A DNA stretch of 64,000 bases, taken from the IMG/VR virus record IMGVR_UViG_3300026875_000002; one strand, given 5' to 3'. The notes under the pieces are model-generated. The model had not been told where the DNA came from. It did no database searches and saw only the letters and a list, made by a program, of their open reading frames with translations. Positions 19,129-28,122 of the stretch are shown one piece after another. The stretch is from a virus. Both the position numbers and the translations under genes were made by a program. How positions within the stretch are numbered: the stretch's first letter is position 1; each line of letters opens with the position of its first letter.

Positions 19129-20312
19129 TGGTTAATACTGGATGGAAAACACCAAATACAGTAGTACAGGATGCAAGATGGAAAGTAGTCAATGGTGGAA
19201 CAGCAAATAAATGGGTGGATCTACGAAGACTGACAGAAAGAACACAAAATCTAAAACACTACGCAGAAATAGGACGATACGGAACAGCAGCAGCAAGAGC
19301 AAGTCCTGTACTATACCTCTCGAATTACGGATTTAACATACCCGGGAATGCAACAATAACAAAAGTTACAATAGAATGTACAGTAAAAGAAGGAAAAACA
19401 AATGAAGGAATCAAAACAAAAACATTAAAACTCAAAACAGGACCAAGTACAACGGATTGGGGAGTAGGAAAAAATAAAGCAAAAAGTGACCGATGGACTT
19501 GTAGAAGTAATCCATGGACTGTTCAGACTTATAGTTTTTCTCCCCAGGACTGGGGGGTTCCTCTTTCTCCTCAAGTTGTGAATAATAGTAATTTTGGTGC
19601 TGTTTTTCAGTGTGTAGGGCTAGATAATTACACTGTTAGTCATGGTACTTGGGGTATTTATTCACGAAATTATAATCATTGGAGTTTGCCTCTTGTTAAT
19701 CGTATTCGTATGAATGTTGAGTATAGTGTTCCTCATAGTGTTACTAGTGCTGAAAGAGGTAAATTTGGTCTTACTCCTGCGCCTTATTTGAGTAGTAATT
19801 CTTTGAATATTAGTAATCCGAATACTCCTATTATTCTGACTATTTCTTATAAGCATATACTTGGAGAAAATGGTAAGTATAATAGTGGTGAAACACCTGT
19901 TACGAAGGTTACTAGTTCTACATTGAAGATTGGGGGTAGTAAACTTTCTTCATATACGGTTCCTACAATTAAGGTACCTACTGAGACGGAGAGTAGTACG
20001 TATACTACTACTGTTAAGATTTATCCTAGTCTTACTACTGGGGAGCATACTATTATTGTTACTGCTAATGGTGAATCTTATACTTTGAAGATTCAGGTTA
20101 ATAGTGGTAATGGTATTGATGTGAATTATGGTGAGGATGGTCGTGGTTTAATGATTCATGGTTGTATTTTTAAGGAGGATCATGCTGATAATACTGGTGG
20201 GGCTATGCTTGTTGATGGTAAGAATGTGTCTATTAGGGAGTGTAAGTACATTAGTAATAGTGCTACTGTTAAGTGTCCTAATGCTATACTTAATGGTGAA
20301 TGTAAATCTTAA
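19128..20312 (+). CDS. Putative tail/virion protein, last gene of the tail operon
   Basis: 394-aa beta-rich ORF coupled to the upstream stop; a short GGAM beta-helix rung at the C-terminus. Confidence 0.6.
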   Translation: MVNTGWKTPNTVVQDARWKVVNGGTANKWVDLRRLTERTQNLKHYAEIGRYGTAAARASPVLYLSNYGFNIPGNATITKVTIECTVKEGKTNEGIKTKTLKLKTGPSTTDWGVGKNKAKSDRWTCRSNPWTVQTYSFSPQDWGVPLSPQVVNNSNFGAVFQCVGLDNYTVSHGTWGIYSRNYNHWSLPLVNRIRMNVEYSVPHSVTSAERGKFGLTPAPYLSSNSLNISNPNTPIILTISYKHILGENGKYNSGETPVTKVTSSTLKIGGSKLSSYTVPTIKVPTETESSTYTTTVKIYPSLTTGEHTIIVTANGESYTLKIQVNSGNGIDVNYGEDGRGLMIHGCIFKEDHADNTGGAMLVDGKNVSIRECKYISNSATVKCPNAILNGECKS

Positions 20313-20392
20313 ATATTTTAATGTATACATGTAACATTCTGTTTTAAAATTAGGTATAAAAAAGTATTACTTTTAATTAAAAAAGTATATCA

Positions 20393-20415
20393 AAATGAAG
20401 GTAAACCCTTCATTT
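20393..20415. other. Candidate attP core: AAATGAAG-GTAAACC-CTTCATTT inverted repeat upstream of the integrase
   Basis: 8-bp perfect arms with a 7-bp spacer, in the 174-bp gap between the tail operon and int. Confidence 0.3.
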
Positions 20416-20486
20416 CTATAAAGAGATTAGTTTAATTATTACTCAAAAATGTAAGCTTTTATACTATTTTTTACATATACACTACT

Positions 20487-21629
20487 ATGTCAACACAAAC
20501 AAAAAAGAATAATATACAAACAATATATAATGATGAACTCTTTAAAGAGTTTTGTATATTAAGAAATTTAAAACAAAGTAGTATAAAATCATACGCAGTA
20601 GTGTTAAATAGTTATGTAAAAGTACAGCAAACAGATTTAACAACACTTATAAATGAAGCAGATGAAGAAGAAGAACAAAGAATAAGACTAAGCAAAAGAA
20701 AAATTAAACGACGTTTAAATAAGTACAAAATAGAATTACAAAAACAAAAATTAAGTGACAGAACAATAAATGATAGAATTACAAAAATAAGAACATTTTA
20801 CTCACAATTTGACATAACTCCTCCAAAAATAACAAGAAAACCAGTGAAAAACATAGAAACATATAAACAAATAATCACACCAGAACAAATAAGAAAAGCA
20901 GTAAACACGAGTAAAAATAATAAAACAAGAGCATTAATATTATTTATGGCATCATCTGGAACAGCAGCAAAAGAAACAAGTAATATAACAATCAAAGATT
21001 TTATTGAAGCAACAAGCGAATATCATAATGAAACAAGAATAGAACAAGTAATATATGCATTAAAAAATAGAAAAGATATTATTCCAACATTTACAATTAT
21101 CAGACAAAAAACACAAACTCCTTATTTCACATTCTGCACACCTGAAGCAACACAACAAATATTAATTTATCTCACTGAAGAATTAATGAAAAGAGACTTA
21201 AAAGAAGACGATAAATTATTTAATATTACTCCTCAGAGTATACAAACAAATTTTGAAAGATTAAATGATTGTTGTGGGTTTGGATGGAAAAATAATCATT
21301 GTCGTTTTTTTCATAGTCATGGTTTACGAAAAATGTTTGGATCAAGAATGTTTGATGCAGGATTATCAGAGTTAACTATTGATTTCTTAGAGGGACGTAG
21401 TATAGGAGCAACTCGTCAAGCGTATTATAAGCCAAAACCTGAAGAATTAAAGAAGAAATATGTTCGAGTATTGAATACTGTTAGTTTTTTTAGTGATGTT
21501 GAGTATCATGATATTACCTCTGAAGAAAAAGAAGAGTTATTACAGTATCGTGAAAAAGAAAAAGTGAGGGATGAAAAAATTAATAATTTAGAACGTATGT
21601 TGCAAGATTATTTACGTTCTTCTTCATAA
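20487..21629 (+). CDS. int: Tyrosine recombinase/integrase
   Basis: N-terminal SAM-like core-binding domain. Catalytic-type motifs LFMASSG.A..E, RQKT, HSHGLRKMF, FLEGR and YY. The first catalytic Arg position appears non-canonical (GTAAKE). Confidence 0.9.
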   Translation: MSTQTKKNNIQTIYNDELFKEFCILRNLKQSSIKSYAVVLNSYVKVQQTDLTTLINEADEEEEQRIRLSKRKIKRRLNKYKIELQKQKLSDRTINDRITKIRTFYSQFDITPPKITRKPVKNIETYKQIITPEQIRKAVNTSKNNKTRALILFMASSGTAAKETSNITIKDFIEATSEYHNETRIEQVIYALKNRKDIIPTFTIIRQKTQTPYFTFCTPEATQQILIYLTEELMKRDLKEDDKLFNITPQSIQTNFERLNDCCGFGWKNNHCRFFHSHGLRKMFGSRMFDAGLSELTIDFLEGRSIGATRQAYYKPKPEELKKKYVRVLNTVSFFSDVEYHDITSEEKEELLQYREKEKVRDEKINNLERMLQDYLRSSS

Positions 21630-22466
21630 TTCCTTTTTTAGTATTTTAGTTATTATTTCTGTTTGGGTTTGGTTTGTTTCGTTGAGTTTTATTCCAAATT
21701 CTCTGAGTATGTCCCATGCTAATCTTATGTTTTTTGTTTTTGTTATTTTTTCTACGATTAATTCTATTACTTCTTCTTGTATTGGTATATTAAATGCTAT
21801 GTTACATCGTTCTTTTATTATATGTGTGTATTGTTCTCTATTGTATGGTTTGAAGTATACTTCTCGTGGGGTGAATAGTGTATTTACTTCTTGTTCAAAT
21901 TGATATTTGAATTCTTGACTTGTTATGATAGGATATATTCCTACTATTATGTTGTAACTTTCGTTTACTCGTGTTAGTTCTCTGATTATATTTTGTGCTG
22001 TGGGGCTTGCCGTGTTTTTGGAACCTAATAGGTAGTTTGCATCATCTAGTGCTATTATTAATGCTTTGTTGGTTTTAGTTAGTTCTTTCATGATTTTTTT
22101 AAATATATTTCTAGTGCTACTTCCAAAGTGTGGGGCTTCTGTATTTAATACTTTTTTGTATATTTGGCCATATATTGTGTAGGGGGTGTTGTGTTTTCTA
22201 CAGTTTATGTATACTGGAATTATGTCTGGGATTGTTTCTGTTATTTCTTGAAATAATTTTTGTATTGCAGTTGTTTTTCCAGTTGCATTGTCTCCTATTA
22301 TTACTGCATGATTGGGTACTCCTCCATAAAGTATGGGGGCTATGTAACTTGCTATTGTTTCCATTTCATTTTCTCTATGGTGGAATTCTCGGGGTATGCA
22401 TTGGGGGTTTAGGTATTTTATGTTTTTGAACACGTTTTTTTCTGTGTATTTTTTAAAGTATGTCAT
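21624..22466 (-). CDS. cdc6: Orc1/Cdc6-like AAA+ ATPase lacking the C-terminal winged-helix domain
   Basis: P..F.HRENEM, Walker A GDNATGKTT, VYINC, Walker B IALDDANYL, F.PY..EQ...I...R, sensor-2 NIRLA. Ends at 280 aa. Confidence 0.85.
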   Translation of the reverse strand: MTYFKKYTEKNVFKNIKYLNPQCIPREFHHRENEMETIASYIAPILYGGVPNHAVIIGDNATGKTTAIQKLFQEITETIPDIIPVYINCRKHNTPYTIYGQIYKKVLNTEAPHFGSSTRNIFKKIMKELTKTNKALIIALDDANYLLGSKNTASPTAQNIIRELTRVNESYNIIVGIYPIITSQEFKYQFEQEVNTLFTPREVYFKPYNREQYTHIIKERCNIAFNIPIQEEVIELIVEKITKTKNIRLAWDILREFGIKLNETNQTQTEIITKILKKEL

Positions 22467-22537
22467 AGTTCTTTTTTTATTTTTTGAGTTATTTAAATAA
22501 AACTTGTCAAGAGCCCTTATTTAGTTGTTATAAAGTC

Positions 22538-22563
22538 CCCCTCCCCTTTTTTACACTTGCAAT
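22538..22563 (-). promoter_or_regulatory. ORB-like element with G-string upstream of cdc6
   Basis: The + strand reads TTACACTTGCAAT (22551-22563), one mismatch to TTACACTTGAAAT. On the - strand it is followed by AAAAGGGGAGGGGG. Confidence 0.4.
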
Positions 22564-23361
22564 TAAAGACTATTGGTAAATTGTACTTTTTATTATAGTT
22601 ACTTATGTAGTGACCTTACATTTAATTGACCATACTCTAAGGGTTTCCAAAGGAATTTAAATATTACTAAAAATAGAATTACTAATTGAAAGGGAACTGG
22701 AGGTGGAAGTTCTTAAAAAAAGAGAGTAATATTAACAATATGAGAAAAAGATAGTACATGTAATATGTGATTAAAAAAAATATGATGAGAATGCAAAAAT
22801 GTATAATTCCTCTTTTTTTTTTAAACTTTCAACACAAACAAAAAAAAGAATAATATACAATTTGAACAGACAAAATAAATAATTTTCTAATCACTATGTA
22901 CATGTACTTAATAATTTTCATTTCATTATAGTAAAATAATACAGGTAATAGTAATATTCTACTACATGTACTATTTTTGTATAGAGCTACTATAATAATT
23001 AATCGAATAATTTATATATTTTCTTATGATTAAATGATAAAGTACTCATGAAATAATAATCTAAAATTAATGAAAAATGATAAAAATTGGTAAACTTTTA
23101 AAATAGAATGATTTTTTTGGTAAAAAAAGGTAAAATTCGTTTTATTCATTGTCCAACCGACTAAAATTAGAACAATGAATAAAAAATAATGATTAATTAC
23201 CTTAAGTACATATCTATATAAGAAAAGTACTATTGTACTATTTTTTTATTAATACTTTATGTACTTTTTCATTAATTACATGTATATGTAATTCGTTATT
23301 AATCACTACTTTTACCTTTTAATTATATCAAATAATCTATTTTTCAAAGGGGGTATACAAA

Positions 23362-23946
23362 ATTAAAAATAAACTCATTGGTGCATTAGTCAGTGAAGAA
23401 CAATATAATCATATTCAACAAAATATGCAAAGATATGCTTTTAAAAATATGTCTGAATATGTGAGATCTGCTTTAGATTTTTTTGATGCACGAAGATATA
23501 ATGCATCAAAAAATAATGAGATAGCAATAATACAAGAATGCATTACTATACTTCAACATCATAAGAAAGATGTTGAAAAAAATATGATGCAAGAAACCTT
23601 AAATGAATTGAATGAAAATATTAAAAATCAAAATCATAAAAACGAGGAAACATTAAAGGAATTAGATGAAAACCTAAAACAGAATATTAAATGTTCAGAA
23701 AAGCAAAGCTTAAAGGAATTAGATGAAAATATTAAAAAACAAAAAAATAATAAAAGAGAAAATAGAGTAATTCCTATGGAATCTGTAATTCAAACGCTTA
23801 TTCGAATTACACACGTGAAAGGAAGACCTTCAGATCATGATTTTAGTTTTCAGGCAAAACGATGTGGAAAAAGTAAAAAAGAATTAATTGATTTTTATGA
23901 TGAGAATTATGATTATTTTACGAAAGAGTCTGATAAATACATGTGA
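23362..23946 (+). CDS. Ribbon-helix-helix (CopG-like) regulator with a coiled-coil repeat region; probable ATT start
   Basis: Extending the frame upstream of ATG 23425 gives KLIGALVSEEQYNHIQQNMQRYAFKNMSEYVRSALDFF, a complete RHH. SD-like GGGGGT lies 7 nt before ATT at 23362. Confidence 0.65.
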   Translation: MKNKLIGALVSEEQYNHIQQNMQRYAFKNMSEYVRSALDFFDARRYNASKNNEIAIIQECITILQHHKKDVEKNMMQETLNELNENIKNQNHKNEETLKELDENLKQNIKCSEKQSLKELDENIKKQKNNKRENRVIPMESVIQTLIRITHVKGRPSDHDFSFQAKRCGKSKKELIDFYDENYDYFTKESDKYM

Positions 23947-24070
23947 AAACAATCTTTAAATAAAAAACATTAAATGCTTTAAAAAATTCTTTTTAGTAGG
24001 AATATACTTTTTTTCTAATAATATAAAACGTTTTAAAAGCGTTACATATAATAATAAGAGGGATAAAACA

Positions 24071-24289
24071 ATGTCATACCATCATATATGTTTACAACAA
24101 GATATAATTAACACAATAGGAAATACAATTCACCCCCTTACAAGACAAGAAATATTACATGAAGTAATTAACAGAGGCTTCAAAAAACAAAGAATATACG
24201 TAGATGATGAAATATTAGAAATATTAGAAAACCTTTTAGAACAAGGATATATAATACAAAAAAAGGACAAATATGAATGGAAAAAGTAA
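24071..24289 (+). CDS. Small winged-helix-like protein
   Basis: LTRQEIL..V....EILEILENLLEQGYIIQKKDKYEW pattern; RBS gaggga. Confidence 0.55.
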   Translation: MSYHHICLQQDIINTIGNTIHPLTRQEILHEVINRGFKKQRIYVDDEILEILENLLEQGYIIQKKDKYEWKK

Positions 24290-24306
24290 GAAAGGGGAGA
24301 TTGAAT

Positions 24307-24459
24307 ATGGTAAAAGAATTAAAAAAAGGAAATAATGTACCTTATCATGGATACTTACTAAATATACATGAATATGAACAATATACTCAATTCCAGAAGA
24401 TTGCACCTGCGCTATTGGAATATATTCAACAAGAAAAAGAGGGAAACAGACTCGGATGA
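24307..24459 (+). CDS. Hypothetical protein
   Basis: Probable start at ATG 24307 after ggggaga; the ORF track starts at 24277. Confidence 0.45.
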   Translation: MVKELKKGNNVPYHGYLLNIHEYEQYTQFQKIAPALLEYIQQEKEGNRLG

Positions 24460-24679
24460 TAAAACAAGAACAAACATTAAAAGCGGTATTATGTATAATT
24501 ATAATAATATGTATTGTACTATTTAAATTACATTAAGTTATACAACATAATTCCTTTTCTTTAATTATCATTTAATTAATGGAATATTTTTTAATTAAAA
24601 AGGTGATAAATAATGTATATAGTTAATAAGATAACTATGATACATAAAAAGAGAAATATTTCAGGAAAAGGGAATAAAA

Positions 24680-25432
24680 ATGAAGAAACAGGCAATAATA
24701 TTAATTATGGGGGTTATCATTCTAGCTTGTATAATTGGAGTGGGAGTGTATATTCTAACACAACCACAATACAAGACAATAAATATGACAGGAATAACAC
24801 TAGAAGTACCCGATACAAATGCAAATGTACAAAATAATAGTCCAAACTATAATACATACAATGACCAAAAAAATAATCTCACAATCAAGACATGGGCATA
24901 CCGTGATATAAACGATGCAAATGGAACAGCACAAGCAGTACTAGAAATAGGAACACAATATGGATTAAACATGGCACAAAATGTTACATATGATAATGTA
25001 TCAGTAGCAAATAAAAGTGGAACATACTCTTATTATGAAACAGATGAAACCAACAAATGCATTATATTAATTACTGGTACAAACATAGACCAAGTAACAC
25101 ATGCAGTTAAAAGCATAAACAAAACAGGAATAAATCCAGTAGGAGGAAATATAACACTTGGAAATTTGACGAATCAAACAGGGAATATTACAAATAATAC
25201 AACAGTAAGTAATGATAATAATAATAATGGTCAAAGTACAACACAAACAACAAGTAAAACGAGTAAGAAAACAAGTAGTTCATCAAATAAACCAGATTAT
25301 ACTGATACAGATGATTATAAGAATGGATACATTGATAAAAACGGATATACTACAGGTAAAGGACAGTTTCAAGAAGCAGGACTTAGTCCACGAGAACAAC
25401 AGAGAATATTACGTGAAATAGGAGATAGTTAA
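24680..25432 (+). CDS. Membrane-anchored, Asn/Thr-rich surface protein
   Basis: N-terminal hydrophobic helix AIILIMGVIILACIIGVGVYIL; many N-x-T/S sequons; low-complexity linker. Confidence 0.75.
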   Translation: MKKQAIILIMGVIILACIIGVGVYILTQPQYKTINMTGITLEVPDTNANVQNNSPNYNTYNDQKNNLTIKTWAYRDINDANGTAQAVLEIGTQYGLNMAQNVTYDNVSVANKSGTYSYYETDETNKCIILITGTNIDQVTHAVKSINKTGINPVGGNITLGNLTNQTGNITNNTTVSNDNNNNGQSTTQTTSKTSKKTSSSSNKPDYTDTDDYKNGYIDKNGYTTGKGQFQEAGLSPREQQRILREIGDS

Positions 25433-25757
25433 AGAAAATAATTGAGGAAGGGGGGGGGGTTTTTATGAAAATTATGATAAAAAAGAATATCATGGAAATA
25501 TATGTTATGAAGAGAATAAAATAAGGTTAAATATACTAGCACAATAAAAAAAGATAATCTCCTCCTTCTTATTTTCTAAAATTGGGCTATAATGTGAATT
25601 ATAAAATACATGAAATGAACTAAAAAAAAGTATGACTCAAAGAATAAATACCCAAAAAAAGATAAATAATAATTAGAATTTATAATACTTCAAAAATATT
25701 AATAGTTATAATAACAAAATTAGAATTATTATTACATGTTACGGATAGGAGAAAAAT

Positions 25758-26162
25758 ATGATACTAAATGATTTTTTAGGGGATTCTAATAGAATTAATA
25801 TTTTAGAATCCTTTTTAGATAATGAAGGTTACAGTTTAACTCTTGAGGATGTTAGACATATTAGTGAAGTTTCAAATCCATCATCTGATTTAACTATTTT
25901 AGTAAAAATAGGAATACTCTCTGAACGAAATGGAGAATACGAATTAAACCTAAAAGATAAGCGTGTTATTTATTTAAGTTTAATTGATAATGAAGAATAT
26001 TCTAGGAAACTTAAAGAAATGGATAAAACGGGAATTTTTAATGAAGTAAAAACATTCTCTTCTGATATAAAATATATTGAACAAAATTCAGGGGACAAAG
26101 CTACGTTCACGTATTCAGAAGAAGAATCATCTATTAAATCATGTGAATTAGTGAGTACATAG
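25758..26162 (+). CDS. Winged-helix-turn-helix protein with an acidic/polar C-terminal tail
   Basis: FLGDSNRINILESFL..LTLEDV..ISEVS..LVKIGIL..GEYELN wHTH pattern; RBS aggag. Confidence 0.55.
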   Translation: MILNDFLGDSNRINILESFLDNEGYSLTLEDVRHISEVSNPSSDLTILVKIGILSERNGEYELNLKDKRVIYLSLIDNEEYSRKLKEMDKTGIFNEVKTFSSDIKYIEQNSGDKATFTYSEEESSIKSCELVST

Positions 26163-26182
26163 TATTATTGATGTGATAAAAA

Positions 26183-26455
26183 ATGAATAAAAATGTTACT
26201 AAAGATATAAATTATGATCAATTTCCTGATGTGGACGATGAATTAGAACAAAAATACGTGAATGGTGGAGGAGTGTTATCTACTCCAAATGAAATCCACT
26301 TGATTTTATTATCTAATCGTATTATTCCTGGAAAACCATTAAGTATCTCAAGAAAAGCAGAAATGGATATTATTTTAACACCGGAAACTGCTGAACAAAT
26401 TGGTCAATTATTAATTTCTGAAGCTCAAAAATATAAAAAATCATCTAAAAATTAG
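26183..26455 (+). CDS. DUF3467-like protein
   Basis: YVNG..V.STPNEIHLIL..IILTPETAEQIGQLL....KY resembles the DUF3467 pattern. Confidence 0.5.
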   Translation: MNKNVTKDINYDQFPDVDDELEQKYVNGGGVLSTPNEIHLILLSNRIIPGKPLSISRKAEMDIILTPETAEQIGQLLISEAQKYKKSSKN

Positions 26456-26464
26456 GAGGATTAA

Positions 26465-26764
26465 ATGTCAAATGAAGAAGAATTTTCTGAATATGAAAAG
26501 AAAGTTCTGATAATTTTGGGTGGTTTGAATATTTCAAAAAATCGTAATGTTCAAAGACAAACAATTTTGAAACGTGTTCCTAATAAAATTCATAAGGAAT
26601 GTAATAAAGCTATTGAGGATTTAATTCGTAAAGGGTATATTGGATATTATAGACGTCCGGATAATTTGATGGTTTCTCAAAAAGGTCGAAAAGTTACTCA
26701 TGATTTAAAAGATGAGGATAATAAAAAGAAATATGGTGATTTACGTATTTTATTGATATTTTAA
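26465..26764 (+). CDS. Basic winged-helix-like protein
   Basis: FSEYEKKVLI..AIEDLIRKGYI..VSQKGRKV; RBS ggagga. Confidence 0.5.
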   Translation: MSNEEEFSEYEKKVLIILGGLNISKNRNVQRQTILKRVPNKIHKECNKAIEDLIRKGYIGYYRRPDNLMVSQKGRKVTHDLKDEDNKKKYGDLRILLIF

Positions 26765-26901
26765 TTATATAAATTATGATATTTACATTAAAAGATGATT
26801 ATGAAAAATGTACCATCACAATAAAAAAATAATAATATAAGTAAATCAAATTATTCAATTTTTTAAAAAGCAATTGATGATAAAAAAGGGGGGTATTCCT
26901 A

Positions 26902-28074
26902 ATGACATCAGAAATATTAATAATGACACCTAACGCGATTGCAATGGCAGCAGATAGTGTAGTTACAGTAAGTAATAAAAAAACATATGAAGGAGTAAAT
27001 AAATTATTCATGCTTTCTAATAATCCTCCTGTAGGAATTATGATTTATAATAATGCAAACTTTTTTAACTTTCCAATGGAAACAATAATTAAAGATTTTC
27101 GAGAAAAACAAGGAGAACCATGTAAAACTGTTAATGAATTTAAAGCAAAATTTGAAAAATATTTAACTAATATATGTGAATCTAATATTCATCTTTTTCC
27201 TATAGATATAAAAGATGAAATTGATTATTTTATAAGAGATTTTAAAGAAGAAATGCAAAAAAATAAGAATATATTACATAATTGTAATTATGAAAAAAAT
27301 ACATTTGATTTAAATAAATACACAAAAAACGTTAATACTATTAATTTTAATAGTTACTTTGACGAACAAGTAAGAGACTTTGTAAATAACTCAGATGAAA
27401 TCATATTATTAAAAAAAATATTTTTTGAAAATAAAATAAATACCCAATTTACCGGTGTAGTTATTTCTGGATTTAATCAAAAGGATTTATTTCCTTCTTC
27501 AATAAGTTTTAAGATTATACCTATAGATAGCTCATTTATTATAGATCATGTTGAAGAAAACTCTGTTAATAGAGAAACAAGTGTTGTTTTAACACCATTT
27601 GCACAAATTGATACAATAACCAACTTTTTAAATGGTATTGATGAGTCTACTGCTTTTCAAATAATTAATTATTTCAATAAAGTTATTGGAGATTATTCTG
27701 ATAGATTAATACAAGTTATTAATAGTAGTACTCAGGTTAATTCAGGAAAATCACTTAAATTAAATGAAATAACTGATGAAAAAAATAAAATATGTAATGA
27801 TTTTTGCATGTTTATAGATAAATTGAAAGAAGAAAATTATAAGCCTATCATTAAATCAATGGCATCATTACCTAAAGAAGAATTAGCAAATTTAGCAGAA
27901 TCATTGATTAATATTACATCTATGAAATTAAAAGTTCAAGATAATCTTGAAACTGTTGGAGGCGATGTAGATGTTGCATTAATTACTAAAGGTGATGGTT
28001 TTATATGGACTAAACGTAAACATTACTTTGATTCAGAGTTAAATCCTCAATTTTTTAGTAGGCATAATTATTAA
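26902..28074 (+). CDS. Proteasome beta-subunit-like (Ntn-hydrolase fold) protein with a large helical insertion
   Basis: N-terminus (M)TSEILIMTPNAIAMAADS..VNKLF and C-terminus TVGGDVDVALITKGDG parallel proteasome-beta motifs. Confidence 0.65.
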   Translation: MTSEILIMTPNAIAMAADSVVTVSNKKTYEGVNKLFMLSNNPPVGIMIYNNANFFNFPMETIIKDFREKQGEPCKTVNEFKAKFEKYLTNICESNIHLFPIDIKDEIDYFIRDFKEEMQKNKNILHNCNYEKNTFDLNKYTKNVNTINFNSYFDEQVRDFVNNSDEIILLKKIFFENKINTQFTGVVISGFNQKDLFPSSISFKIIPIDSSFIIDHVEENSVNRETSVVLTPFAQIDTITNFLNGIDESTAFQIINYFNKVIGDYSDRLIQVINSSTQVNSGKSLKLNEITDEKNKICNDFCMFIDKLKEENYKPIIKSMASLPKEELANLAESLINITSMKLKVQDNLETVGGDVDVALITKGDGFIWTKRKHYFDSELNPQFFSRHNY

Positions 28075-28122
28075 TAGAATAAATAAAATATATATTCTTA
28101 ATAGGATGCTGAAGATGATACT

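Noticed and set aside
3649-20312. Diversity-generating retroelement or invertible tail-fibre cassette
   Set aside because: No reverse transcriptase, no template/variable repeat pair differing at adenines, no serine invertase and no inverted crossover sites were seen.
22467-23361. Hidden gene in the long gap upstream of cdc6
   Set aside because: Only very short frames are present; it reads as divergent promoter/AT-rich DNA.
24613-24837. ORFs 24613-24837 and 25212-25421
   Set aside because: They are out-of-frame overlaps with the membrane-protein gene 24680-25432.
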